DNA of 64,000 nucleotides from assembly GCF_009914755.1 (NCBI RefSeq), contig NC_060928.1; one strand, written 5' to 3'. Source of the DNA: the human T2T-CHM13v2.0 reference genome, Homo sapiens. Below are positions 27,636 through 49,057 of this stretch, piece after piece. The position numbers and the translations under genes are program-made. Within the stretch, counting starts at the first letter, position 1. Each line of letters starts with the position of its first letter. Under the pieces are notes generated by a model. That model did not search any database, was not told the origin of the DNA, and saw nothing but the letters and a program-made list of their open reading frames with translations.

Positions 27636-29278
27636 TGCTGGTGTTTGGATGAGCATATATGTGTGTTTATGGGTAGGGGCAGAAGAAGTGATGATGAAAG
27701 AAAGTGGGTTTGATAAAGGGAGGGAGATAAAATTGAGTGAACTGCTGAGTAGATTTGAGTTATACTTAAGGAAAACGTAACTACAAGTTCTATTTTGGTT
27801 TACTTCCTCTCTTGCCCTGGGATCTTAAGCAAGCAAGCTACTTTCGTTTCTCTATTTCAACAGTGTCTTTTTTTTTTTTTTTGGAATGTGCCTTGTGGAA
27901 TTATTTTTAAAAGTAAGTAATATGAGATTGGAAAGCACCTTTTCCTCTTAGCCAAAAGTGTGCAGAAGAGAATTTCCACCATCTGGGCCACTTCAATAAG
28001 AGAAGTACACTTACACTCTCTCTCTCTCTCTCTCCCCCTCCCTCCCCCTCCTCAACCTTACTCTCTCTCTCTCCCTCCCTCCCTCCTGAAGATCATTTAT
28101 TTAGTAAATGTTTATTGAGAATTAATTATATGCTAGAAGCTGTGATAACTTCTGGGATAGCAAACAAGACATGACTACTACCCACTATTGTTGTAGAATC
28201 TGGAGAATTCAGGGTCTGAATTCTCAGACGTCGGAAGATCAAAGAAAAGTCACTAACCAGCCCTCCTGGCACAGGTGGGCAAGTTCCAGTGTGAGAAGCC
28301 AGGCTTCCAGCTGTCCAAGTGGAAACTCAGCGGGATCCCTCTTAGTGATCAGGGCTTGTACTTGGGAGGAAGTGCTTGTACTTGGTGTGGAGCAGACAGC
28401 AAGGACATATGGAACTCACCCCCACCTTTACCTGTCTCTCAATGTGGTGGGGAGTGGGACAAGTTGGGATATGCCAATCTCTCTGTGTCCTTCTCCCATA
28501 GAATGGCTGCTGGTTCACATCTATCTCCCATGACCCATATCTCATGCAGGCTCCTCTTTTTCTAACTTTTAACACAAATTATTCAGGGAAGGGGATTCTG
28601 GGAACTATAGTTCCAACTTAGCCAAGCTAACACCATTACATATGAGGAGCTGGGTCAAGAAGTGATGAAAGAGAATTCTCAAGACACCAACACTTGGCTG
28701 AAGGTGTCAAAATCAAAGTAAAGATTCTAAGCAAAAGTGCTTGTTCAGGTCCCAAGCCGTTTGCAACTTCTCAAAAGCTTCTTTGAGTGGTCTCCTGTGT
28801 CAGCACTAGAATTTTCCTACATAACAAACAGCAAACCGGCTGCAGGAAGGTAGAAGTCAGCTGGTAAATAAATATATGGCTGATACCCAATACAGTGACC
28901 ACAGGCGCAACAATTAAGGATGATCACTGAATTTCTATATCTCAGTGCGACACAATAGCTATTAACAATCACTTTAAATTCTAATTTTTTATCAGATTTA
29001 GATTTATGAGGTATGGAATACTCCTCTGTTCAAATATTTATTAATGCTTACTATAAGCCTCGTGAAAGTGAAACATCCTACTAAACTCTGTATGAACCAA
29101 CTACACACCCTTCTATCAGTCCTTGCTTACAACACCTCAAATCCCCTGCCCAACTGTGCCAGATTCTCTGCAAGACTTACAGTAAATAAAACCTAGCGAT
29201 ACACTGAGCCACATGATAAAGTCACAAGCTCTTCGCCCAGAAAGATTGAGCGTAATTCCTTAAATTAAGGTGATTTGG

Positions 29279-29306
29279 AGCCAGGTGCCTGGGCAACAGA
29301 GGAAGA

Positions 29307-29338
<32 letters not shown>
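29279..29338 (+). mobile_element. Collapsed mini-Alu with A29 tail
   Basis: AGCCAGGTG joined to CCTGGGCAACAGAG; TSD AAGGT(G/T)ATTTGG. Confidence 0.75.
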
Positions 29339-29340
<2 letters not shown>

Positions 29341-29580
29341 TTATTTGGTTAAAAATAGCAGAACTTCTAGGGAACTAATTTAAACTGAAAGTGGGATTTA
29401 TAATAAAGATACTGGCTTATCTCATTGGACACAAGCACAGGAATGCAGCCAGCCCTCAGGCAGAGACTGAAATAAAGAAGTAGAAGGAGCACCCCACTGC
29501 ATTTCATTTCTGCTTCTCTCTGTGCACTTGCCCCTTCTGCCTGCAAGCTGAATTTTTCTGTTCTTCAAAACACAAGATGA

Positions 29581-31799
<2,219 letters not shown>

Positions 31800-33246
31800 T
31801 AAGGAACCTATTGCCCATACATCATTTAGCTAGTAAATCCAAAACTGGGATCAAACCCTCTTTTAGTCTGGACCCAAAGCTTGGTCCTTGAATCACTACA
31901 AGTTCCTGTGTTCTTACTGTAAGTAGCTGCACCTTCTGCCTCCCTGGAATTAATAGGTCTCCTGATAGTCAATGCCTGCCTATATATCCATGAGCCAACT
32001 GCTCTGCCTGCTCTCAAAATGGTATTTAGAAAGCAATATTTCGGTATGGTTTTGCTATTGCTATTGAGATGTCAATACTCCCAGGTCCTTTCAGGGGATT
32101 GAACTAACCAATGCATGTGTTTGTGCATGTATACACACACACATGAGCATATAGATATGTATATGAGTGTATACATATAAATGTGTATGAATATGAACAT
32201 GAAAACATATATGTAAATGTGTGTACACATGTTTACATTTATATCTATCTTAATATATTAAAGACCATTAGGTCACTCCAGTGCTTCCAATTCTAATCCA
32301 TCCACAAGGTTCATTCTAGTTTTTGCTTTTCTTTTTTTTTTTTCAAAACCACATTCAGTTTTTAATTTAATTTTCCATTGGGCAATTTACATATCTCCCT
32401 CACACTGTCTTTTAAGTTAGTGTCACAATTTTCCATAATAAACTGCTTAAAGAAGCTTTGGTCAAAAATGGAATGAAGTCGCAATAAAAAAAAAAAAGTA
32501 CTGCTTTTAAAAAACCAACACTTTAACCAATTTTATATTCAAACAAAACCACATGGTATTGGCGTGATATATGTTCTCAGTGTTTCCTTGGGGCTGGCTT
32601 CCTTGCCATCGTGCCACAGCACAGCTGTGATCTTCCACAGTTTGTTGTGCTGGATGGCGGAAGCTCACTCAGCTTCACATCCAGAGGCCCTGGATGGAAG
32701 ACTCGAGAGTCTTGAAATCCTAAATTGTCATGGCTCCACCGATGTCAGTAGTGCAAAATTTGCGACAATCTTGCTTGCCCACCTCATAAATAGAGACTTG
32801 AGTGATGCTATTCGGGTGCAGCATCTCCAACACCGTGTTGCGGTCCTCAGTCGTGGCCCTCTTGTCCATGTTGCGAAAGCATTCATGACAGACATGTTGC
32901 GTTGGATGCTCTGTTTTGGAACGTCCAACCTGGAGATGAAGGTCAGGCAGCCTCGGTCATCGAAAAGAGCGTTGGGCAGCAGTCATGGCCAGCAGCCACC
33001 ACTCTGTTCTCTGAGACAAATGAAACACTCAGGAGCAGCAGGAACTCTGTGTGAGACCTGCACACTTTTTGAGGCATCAGCAACAGACATGGTGCTGTTG
33101 TGGCTGACCCAGGCCAGGCGGCTCCCACTGGCAGAGAAGCTGACCCTGTGGACCCAGCCACCAGTGCCACTGCCACCTAACTCTGACATCAGCTGCCCAA
33201 AGGGCATCTTGCTGCCCCAGTGCATACTGACTGGCTTTTCATCCAC

Positions 33247-33379
33247 TTTTTTTTTTTTTTTTTTTTTGAGACAGAGTCTCGCTCTGTCACCCAGGCTGGA
33301 GTGCAGTGGCACGATCTCGGCTCACTACGAACTCTCCCGGGCTCACGCCATTCTCCTGCCTCAGCCTCCCGAGTAGCTG
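33247..33379 (-). mobile_element. 5'-truncated AluY-like element inside the ARPC1A pseudogene
   Basis: CACGCCATTCTCC diagnostic; TSD TCATCCACTT at 33239-33248 and 33380-33389. Confidence 0.88.
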
Positions 33380-33594
33380 TCATCCACTTCTTTAATGTAG
33401 GCAGAAAACAGTCTGCATTTGAAGTCACATGATCCTGCTGCCAGCAAAACGTCGTTGGGATGGCAATCCAAGCTGAGGACTGTGGAGCGAATTGGCTTTT
33501 TAATGTGCTTGCTCACCCACCAGTCATTTTCAGACTCAAAGTAACAAACAGAAATGAATCGTGCTCCACTTCCCACAGCAAATTTGTTCCCTAG

Positions 33595-34120
<526 letters not shown>

Positions 34121-34784
34121 TCCGTTCTTCTTATAGATGTGCACTTGGTGATTATTGGAACTGAGGGCAATCTGGGTATGATCCCTGTTCCAGGCACGAT
34201 AGGTGATTGGCTCTAATAAAAACTGGTGCAGTGACATTATTCTTAGTGTTTTCAAAGGAGAGAAAGCTGGGGTCGGGGGAGTCCGGACGGGCTTGGAGTG
34301 GAGGATTCATGGACTCTGGGCAGTCAATGCAAACAGGCCCACCACGGGGACCGATGACTAATTTTCTCTATTTCTATACTTTAATCCCTTTTCTGACAGT
34401 GAGAAACCTGACCCTCATTATCTTTGACATATTAGTTTACCTGAATATATTAATCTTCCTGTATATGACCAACCTCCCATCACCTCTTTCATTCCCTCCC
34501 CATGCAAACATCCTCCTCACCCCATTGTATTCTGATATGCAATACTAGGCCACCGTAGGCTCGTGGGTGAAAGCCCTCCCATGCCATTTGTGCTCTTGTG
34601 TTCTCTGAGCTGCCCCCCTGTATAAGCACCCTCCATCACCCACTCCAGTTCTGACTCCCCACACCAGGTTGCTCCCATGTATGGATGACTTCCTCTCCTT
34701 TCTTGGGCTCCAGCACCAGTGCTGGGCCATTTCCATGAATGGATATCCTCCTAATCCCCTTAGGTTCTGACTCTTCACATCAGG

Positions 34785-35521
<737 letters not shown>

Positions 35522-36342
35522 TCTACTTTGTCTGGAACAAGAGGACAGAAGTATGTACTTCCATTGATTTATGTGCAGTTGCTAAGAATTTGGTTGGATG
35601 GTCAAGAAAGGAAGAAGATTGAAACACTGGTGACAAAGAAGTATGGGGAATAGGTATGTTGATGCACCTCTTGGAAAGGACATAGACTACAAAGACGTGT
35701 GTCTATGTGAATGCTCATCAAGGGAAATTCACAGCAGAGGATGCTCTGAATAACCAAAAGGACAAAATGACATACTATGTGGATGCAAAAAAAAAAAAAA
35801 AAAAAACTTTTTCCGGACACTTAATGTTTACTCAATGGGCACATGAATAAAGTGGTCATGATGGCAGGAATGGAGGCTAGACATGGACTCAACAACAGCT
35901 TCTCCTGAAGCTCCTAATCAAGATTAGCCAGGCTGACACTATTGCTGAGCACCTTATCTGCCAACAGCAGATGCCAACACTGACCCCTGATATGGCACCA
36001 TTGCCATATGATTAGCAGCTGTCTGGTAGCAGGCTGATTATACTGGAACTCTTCCATTACTGAGAGGGCAGAAATTCATTCTCATTAGAATTGACACATA
36101 TTCTGGGTATAAATGCCTTTTCTATTCATAATGATTCTGCCAGAACCTCCACAGACTCATAGAATACCTTGTCCACCATCATGGTATTCCACAGAGCACT
36201 GCTTCTGCTCAAGAAACTCATTTCATGGTAATGGGAATACAGCAGTGAACTCATGTCTATAGAATGCGGATACTGCATCATCTAGAAGTGGCTCCCCTAA
36301 CTTAAAGGCAAAATTGCTTACTGAAAACTCATTTATGCTGCC

Positions 36343-37682
36343 TGTCTTAGTCTGTTTGAGCTCCAGTAAGAAAATACTATGGACTAGGTGGTTATAAACA
36401 AGAGAAATTTACAATCACAGCTGGGTGTGATGGCTCAAGCCTACAATCCCAACACTGGGAGGCCAAGGTGGGAAGATTTCTTAAGGCCAGGAGTTCGAGA
36501 CCAGCCTGGGCAACATAGTAAGACACCATTTCTACAAAAAAAATAACAAAATTAGCTGGGCTTGGTGGCGTGTGCCTGCAGCCCTAGCTATTCAGGAGGT
36601 TGAGGTGAATGAATCCCTTGAGCCCAGGAATTCGAGGCTGCAGTGAGCTATGATTATGCCACTTCACTGCACCCGGGGCAGCAGAATCAGACCCTGTCTT
36701 CAAAAAAGAGGAAAGACAGAAATAAAGAAAGGAAGAGAGAGAGAGAGAGATGAAGGAAGGAAGGAAGGATGGAAGGAAGGAAGGAAAGGATGGAAGGAAG
36801 GAAGGAAAGGAAGGAAGGAAGGAGAGAGAAAGAGGAAGAGAGAGAGAAAGAAAAAGAAAGGGAGAGAAAGAGAAAAAGAAAGAAAGAAAAGAAAGAAATA
36901 AAGAAAAAGAAAGGGAGAGAAAGAGAAAAAGAAGAAAGAAAAGAGAGAGAAAGAGAAAGAAAAGTAAGGAAGGAAGAGAGAGTGAGGGAGGGAGGAAGGA
37001 GAAGGGAAGGGAAAGAAGGAGGGAGGAAGGGAGGGAGGGAAGAAGAGAAAGAGAAAGGAAGGAGGAAGGAAGGAAAGAAGGAATTTAGTCATGTATCACA
37101 TAAAAACAAGAATACCTTCTAAGAAGTGTGTTGTTAGCTGATTTTGTCACTGTGAACATCTTAGACTGTGCTTACACAAACCTAGATGGTATAGCCTCCT
37201 ACGCCCCTAGGCCATGTGAGATAACCTACTCCTCCTAGGCTACAAACCTTTACAGCATGTTACTGTACTGAATACTATTGGCAGTTGAAATAAGTATTTG
37301 TATAAACATAGAAAAGATAATGTGTTGCACTATCAGTAGGTATAGGAATTTTTCAACTCTACTGTAATCACATGGGACCATCCGTCATTGACCAATATGT
37401 CATTATGCAATGCAAGATCAAGGTACCATCCATTTCTGTGTCTGGTGAGATGTCTCTTCTGGATAGACAGCCTTCTTTTCACTCTAATGTCACATGGCAG
37501 AAGGGGTGACAGGTCTCTCTCAGTCCTTTTTTTATTTTTAAGGGCACTAATCCCATTCATGAGGGCTATGCCCTCCTGACCTAATCATCTCCCAAAGGCC
37601 CCACTTCCAAATACTATCACCTTGGGGGTAAGGATTTCAACATATGAATTTTGGGGGGGACATAAACATTTAGACCACAGCA
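36343..37682 (-). mobile_element. MLT1A-like LTR containing AluJ (36419-36708), a GA-rich tail and a Tigger3/MER7-like DNA transposon (about 37087-37410)
   Basis: TG...CA termini with (C/G)TGCC TSD; Tigger3 motif ACACAAACCTAGATGGTATAGCC. Confidence 0.8.
36700..37083 (+). repeat. Polypurine (GAAA/GGAA/GGGA) tract of about 380 bp
   Basis: Direct reading; expanded from an Alu A-tail. Confidence 0.95.
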
Positions 37683-38173
37683 GTGCCAGATGTGAAACCA
37701 CACTTTTAAAGATCGGATTCTGACTTGGAAGATGCAGTATATGCTTTGAATCAGAGACCGTGATGTAGTGCCATCTCCTCCACAGCCAGAAGAAGAGTCC
37801 AGGAATCAAGGAGTATGAGTGAGAGTGGCTCCTTTCACTACTGTATCAAATAACCCACTTATAAAATGTTTCTTCCTATCCTGGCAACTCTAAGACTTGC
37901 TGATGTGAAAGTTTTTGTTCTCAAGGGAGAAATGTTTCCATTAGAAATACAACTATGTGTCTAGTCCACTACATTGGAAGATGAGGATACCACCTGACCA
38001 TCTTGGGCTGCTTATGTCACAAATCAACAGGTAGAATAAGTGGTTTCTATACTGCTAGTGATTGATCCCAACTACCAAAGGGGAACTTAGGTTACTGCTA
38101 AACCACGAGGACAAACAGAACTATGTATGGAACCCAGGGGATTTCCTGGGACATCTCTTAATACTTCCATGCC

Positions 38174-38529
38174 TGTATTAGTCAGGGTTCTCCAGAGAGA
38201 CAGAACCAACTGTGTGTTGTGTGTGCGTGTGTGTGTGTGTGTGTGTGCACGTGATATGGGGAGATTTATTAGAGGAATTGGCTCACATGATTATGGAGAC
38301 TGAGAAATCCCATGACAGGCCATCTGCAAGCTGGAGACCCTGAGATGCTGGTAGTGTGACTCAGTCCAAGTTCAAAATCCTCAGAGCCAGGGAAGCTGAT
38401 GGTGTAATACTCAGTCCAAGGCCAAAGGCCTGAGAACCTGGGGGCATTGGTGTAAGTCCTGGAGTCCCATAGTCAGAGAGCCTGGAATTCTGATGTCCAA
38501 GGACAGGAGGAGGAGAGTATCCCAGCTCC

Positions 38530-38567
<38 letters not shown>

Positions 38568-38589
38568 CTTTTCTCTCCTTTTTTATTCT

Positions 38590-38590
<1 letters not shown>
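38174..38590 (-). mobile_element. MLT2B-like (ERV-L) LTR, partial, with (TG)n and (GA)n
   Basis: TGTATTAGTCAGGGTTCTCCAGAGAGACAGAACC...GGAATTGGCTCACATGATTATGGAG. Confidence 0.85.
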
Positions 38591-40636
<2,046 letters not shown>

Positions 40637-41049
40637 ATGCCCAAGAAAAAATATTAACAGAAAACTGTCACACACACAAAAAAATAGAGGCTGGAATATT
40701 AAGACTCAGACAATTTAGAAATGAAAGCTTAGGTCACTCCACTAAGACACCTGACCAGCTGAGCTTCTGGCTGAGGGCAAAGGGAATACAGAGTAGGTAG
40801 CAGAAGGTCATAAATATCAACCATGGTCTCGTCATCAGTTAAAAAACAGGGCTGTAGTAGGTTGGCTACATATTTTCTCTTTGCTTGTAATATGTATGTT
40901 TATTTTTAAATGTTAGCCATTTTCTTTTTTCCCCCATGATTTAATATACAAGTTGTTGGAGGTTAACTTTACAATTTAGACTTTAGCTAACAGAATATTT
41001 AGTAAACTGTGACTGAATTTGAAAAGCAATTAATAAACTCAGTATTAAA

Positions 41050-41380
41050 ATTTTTTAATTTTAATTTTTAAAATTATAGTAAAATATGCATAATGTAAAA
41101 TTTATCATTTTAATCATTTTTAAGTGTACAGTTCATTGGCATGAAGTACATTCATATTGTTGTGCAACCATCACCACCACCCATCTCTAGAACATTTTCA
41201 TCCTCCCAAACTGAAATCCTGTACCCATTAAGCAATAACTCCGCATTCTTTCCTTCCTGCCCTCCAGGCCCTGACAACCACTGTTCTACTTTCTGTCTGT
41301 ATGAATCTGACTATGCCAGGCACCTCATACAAGTGGAATCATACAATATTTGCCATTTTGTGATTGTCTTATTTCAAGTA
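41050..41380 (-). mobile_element. L1MB-like 3' end
   Basis: TTTTAAGTGTACAGTTCA...TTGTGCAACCATCACCACC. Confidence 0.85.
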
Positions 41381-41832
41381 TAATTTTTTAGAAGGTGAAT
41401 TATAACTCACATACAAATACAAAATGAATATGTGTGATAGGTTTTATTTACCTCATTAATTAATGAGGGAACCAGTAAGATGTTACAACTAGATCAAAGG
41501 ATAATTCAAAAAAACACACACAAATAGGCAACAAGGAATGCTAGAATGCATTTATTTAAAAGATGGAAAATGGTCTAACCACAGGGTGGTTAATCTACTA
41601 TATTCCACCAGACACAAATAATTTTCATTTCTATGAACTAAAAATCTTTTACATTGTTATTAGTTTTCTACAACTTTCAGAGCTATAAAATAGCCCCAAA
41701 ACAATGAAAGGAAAAGAAAACCAGGGAGTGTATAAAAATAGAATGTCCAATAATCATACATATAGAGCATGAATGGATATTGACAGTATAGCCGTGAATG
41801 GAAAAACAAAAACAAAAAAGGGAGGGTAACAC

Positions 41833-43239
41833 TGTGCCAGTTATCAATTTATTGCTCCTTAGTCCAAAGCAATCTTTCTTTTTCTTGTTTGGAGTTAACT
41901 GATCTGGATCTGGATCCCATGAACATTTCTCATTTGCCAGCTGGTGCAATGTTAGGCTTATCAGCAGAGGGCACTAGAGAGACACTGCAGGCATAGCAGA
42001 GAGGCAGTAGCTGCCCTTCCTAGATCTCCTTGTTGTAGATTTTGTTCTTATGGTGTCACCTATGGAGTTCCATTGGCACTCACTCTCCAATAAGCTTCCA
42101 CCTCACCCCAGTAGATGGCTTCCAGCTCACCATCCCCACCTGCAGCTGCACCACCACCTCTATCTGCAGCACTCCAGTGAATTCCTCTGTCATTTACACA
42201 TATAATTTCTCTGCCATCTAGCTACAGCCCCGTCCTCTCCAAGGGGGTCTGAATTTTAGCCTCAGGGTTGAGATCTCTTCCAAGTCTGTTACTCCCTTGG
42301 ATGTTCTCCCTCAGCCTTAGAGGTAGTCATGCTGTTTACATTTGCTTTTTCTTCTTCTTCCTTTTTTTTTTTTTTTTAAGAGATAGGGATCTTGCTAAGT
42401 TGCCCAGGATGGTCTCCAACTCCTGACCTCAAGTGATCCTCCTGCCTCAGCCTCCCAAGTAGCTGGGATTACAGGTGCTAGCCACTGCATCCAGCTGCCT
42501 TTTTTTTTTTTTTTTAATTTTTAGAAACGGTCTCACTCTGTTACCCAAGCTGGAGTGCAGTGATACAATCATGATTCACTGCAGCCTCAACCTCCTAGGT
42601 TCAAACTATCCTCTAACCTCAGCCTCCTGAGGAGCTGAGACTACAGGTATGTACCACTATGCCTGGCTGTTTTTTAATTTTTTGTAGAGATGGGGTCTCA
42701 CTATGTTGCCTAAGCTGTTCTTGAACACCTGGGCTCAAGTGATCCTCCTACCTTGGCCTCCTAAAGTGCTGGAATTACAGGCATGAGCCCTTGTGCCCAG
42801 GTTCTGGTATTCTTTAGAGTTATCCTTTATCTGTCTTAATAGTTAACCATGTTTTATTAGTTAGTAACCTTTATATTAAATTTTTCCTGCTGGGTGCAGT
42901 GGCTCATGCCTGTAAGCCCAGCACTTTGGGAGGCCAAGGCGGGTGGATCACCTGAGGTCGGGAGTTTGAGACCAGCCTGGCCAATGTGGTGAAACCCTGT
43001 CTCTACTAAAAATACAAAATATTAGCCACATGTGGTGGTGGCAGGCACCTGTAATCCCAGCTACTTGGGAGGCTGAGGCAGGAGAATGACTTTGAACCAG
43101 AGCTGCAGAGGTTGTAGTGATCTGAGATCGCACCATTGCACTCCAGCCTGGGCAACAAGAGTGAGACTCTGTCTCAAAAAAAAAAAAAAAAAAAATTCCT
43201 GATAAATTATTGGTATAATTTCTGTCTCCTGATTGATAA

Positions 43240-43240
<1 letters not shown>
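41833..43240 (+). mobile_element. ERV-L-class LTR (LTR33/LTR41-like) split by FLAM 42350-42496, AluJ 42500-42801 and AluS 42888-43195
   Basis: Begins TGTGCCAG after a purine tract (PPT-like AAAAAAGGGAGGG); has GCCAGCTGGTGCAATGTTAGGCTTATCAGCAGAGGGCAC and a 3' TTTCTGTCTCCTGATTG. Confidence 0.65.
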
Positions 43241-46221
<2,981 letters not shown>

Positions 46222-46304
46222 ATCCTCCATATTTCTTTGATATGTTTTATGCATTATCATTTCCTGCTGGCTTTTCCATCTGTTTAGCTGTGAGTTTTTA
46301 GAGG

Positions 46305-46517
46305 AGGGCCTCAACAAACCATGGGAAACTACAACCTAACACCCACTTTTGTAAATAAAGTTTTGTTGGAATAATCATATTCATTCTCTATGTACTGCCT
46401 ATGGCTGCCTTTGTGCTATAATAGCAGAGTTGAGTAGTTGTGACAGAGACCATGTGGCCCATAAAACTTAAAATGTTTACTATCTGGCCCTTTACAGAAA
46501 AAGTATGCCCACCCCCA
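46305..46517. mobile_element. MER58A-like hAT DNA transposon
   Basis: TTTTGTAAATAAAGTTTT...GCAGAGTTGAGTAGTTGTGACAGAGACC...TTTACTATCTGGCCCTTTACAGAAAAAG. Confidence 0.85.
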
Positions 46518-46647
46518 TTCTAGAAGATAGGAGTCATCTTGTTCTATTTTCCCTCCTAAGGGCCTAGAATGTACCCTGCCCAGGCTTGTTGAATGAATGA
46601 ATACATGAATAAATAAGCTTCAAAGGACAGATATATCAAAAGGTGGA

Positions 46648-47225
<578 letters not shown>

Positions 47226-48509
47226 TTCTGGAAAGCCTGGAGTCTAGAATGAGGAGTTGATACTGAATTCCCTTTGCAATTGCCACATATATCACATGAC
47301 CAGAGGTATAATTAAGGAAGATTCATCTGAGAGTGGAGGTTGCTGTAATGGTGAAGTTCTAAAGAGCTGACTCAGAATGGTGATGGAAAGTTTCTGAGAG
47401 ACAATGCAGCTGGGTGGAAAGAGATGGGCTTCACAGCCAAACATCTACAACCCAGCCCCACAACATCCCAACTGTGTGACGTTAGGCAGTTGCTCAATCT
47501 TTCTGATTCGTAGCTATTTGTCAAACATGGTGATTCAGTGAGGATCCAGTTACAAAAATAACACTCATGCCAGGTAGTTCAGTGGAGAAAATTTAATACT
47601 GAAAGACCCAAAAGGGGAAGGTGAGACTATTCAGGCATTAAGCAACTGCCACCCTAAGGTGGGGACTAAGGGAGAACTTAGTGTTACAGGAGCTCAGGAG
47701 GCAGGGCTGTTCATTGGGATCTGTAGAAGCTGGGGCTATGGGGGAGGTGCTGCCACTGGGCCAGAGCCATTGCCCAGAGCAGAGAAAGAAGAGAAATGCC
47801 CAGGAGTTGCCTCTCTTCCTGCCCTTCTATCTCCTCCCAGTGCCTTCCATTGGCCAAACCCACCCAGAAGCCAGTTTCCCAGCAAAGAAGCCCTGAAAAG
47901 GTGGTTTGGGAGAATCTACCCCGTGACTGAAGGCAGAGTAGAGGAAGGGCACCTAGACTAGACTAGACTAGATTTGAGGCAAACGAGCAGATGACCTGTG
48001 CCATCTATCTCTGACTTGGGGTTGTGTTGAAGCAGGCTGAGCTGACACTGTGGGCTTCCACGTAGTATACAATCAGTAAATGGTAAATGTTCTTTTTTTC
48101 TTTTTACATCTCCATCCTCATTTTTTACCATTCGTCCCCAAATTCAGACATATTGATGTCTTTTTAGTTTCTAAAGGTCACTATGAACTCTATGACTTTG
48201 GGACCTGTGGATATTTAACTCCCTCTGCCCACGAAGTTTCATGTCCCCGTTTGATCACACACATTTTCCCCAACTTCCTCTTTTCTTTTCTTCTTTCAAA
48301 AATTTTTTTTCTTCCTCCTTCCCTCTCCTTCTCTCTTCTCCCTCTTTTGTTTTAGAATTCATCTTAGTTACTACCTCTGCCAGGATGCCTTCCCCAAGTC
48401 CTTTAGTGTTTGTTGGATGTCCCTGTCTGTGCTCTGATAACCTCCTATGCTCTATCATGTGTGCCTCTAGCCTAGCACTGAGCAAGACATAGATTTATTT
48501 TTTCTTTCC

Positions 48510-49057
48510 GTATGAGTTTTCTGTCGCTGCATAACAAATTACCACAAACTCAGCAGTCTAAAACAACACTCATTCATTACCTGACAATTTCCATAGGTTG
48601 GACTTGCGGCATGTTTTACCTGGGTCCTCTGCTCGGGATCTCACTAGGCTGAAATCAAGGTGTAGCCAGATGTATCTTCATCTGGAGGCTTGACTAGGGA
48701 AAGTTCATTTTCAAGTTCCCTTGGCACAATCCATTTCTTATGACTGTGGCCTTTTTTTATTTTATTTTTTATTTTTACTAGCTGTTGGCCAGAGGCCACC
48801 CTCAGCTCCCAGAGGATGCTTTCAAGTCCTTGCTATATGGCCTCTATACAGCATGGTAATTTGCTCCTTTAGGGCCAACAGAAGAGAAGCTGCTGCAGCT
48901 TTGGATCTCTCTGACTTACTCCTTCTTTGGCTCCTAGATCCTCTTTTCAAAAAAGAGCTCACCTGGTTCAGTCAGACCCAACCACACTCAAGGAGAGGAA
49001 ATGAAATCATGTGGGATTGGGAATCTTGGGAGCCATCTTAGACTTCTGCCTACCACA
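48510..49057 (-). mobile_element. MLT1D/E-like LTR
   Basis: GCTGCATAACAAATTACCACAAACTCAGC...GCCATCTTAGACTTCTGCCTACCACA. Confidence 0.8.

Noticed and set aside
32564-33376. 270-aa plus-strand ORF
   Set aside because: Antisense shadow of the ARPC1A pseudogene running into an Alu; non-ATG (GTG) start.
36650-37122. Lys/Glu/Arg-rich and Phe/Ser/Leu-rich ORFs
   Set aside because: Translations of a polypurine simple repeat.
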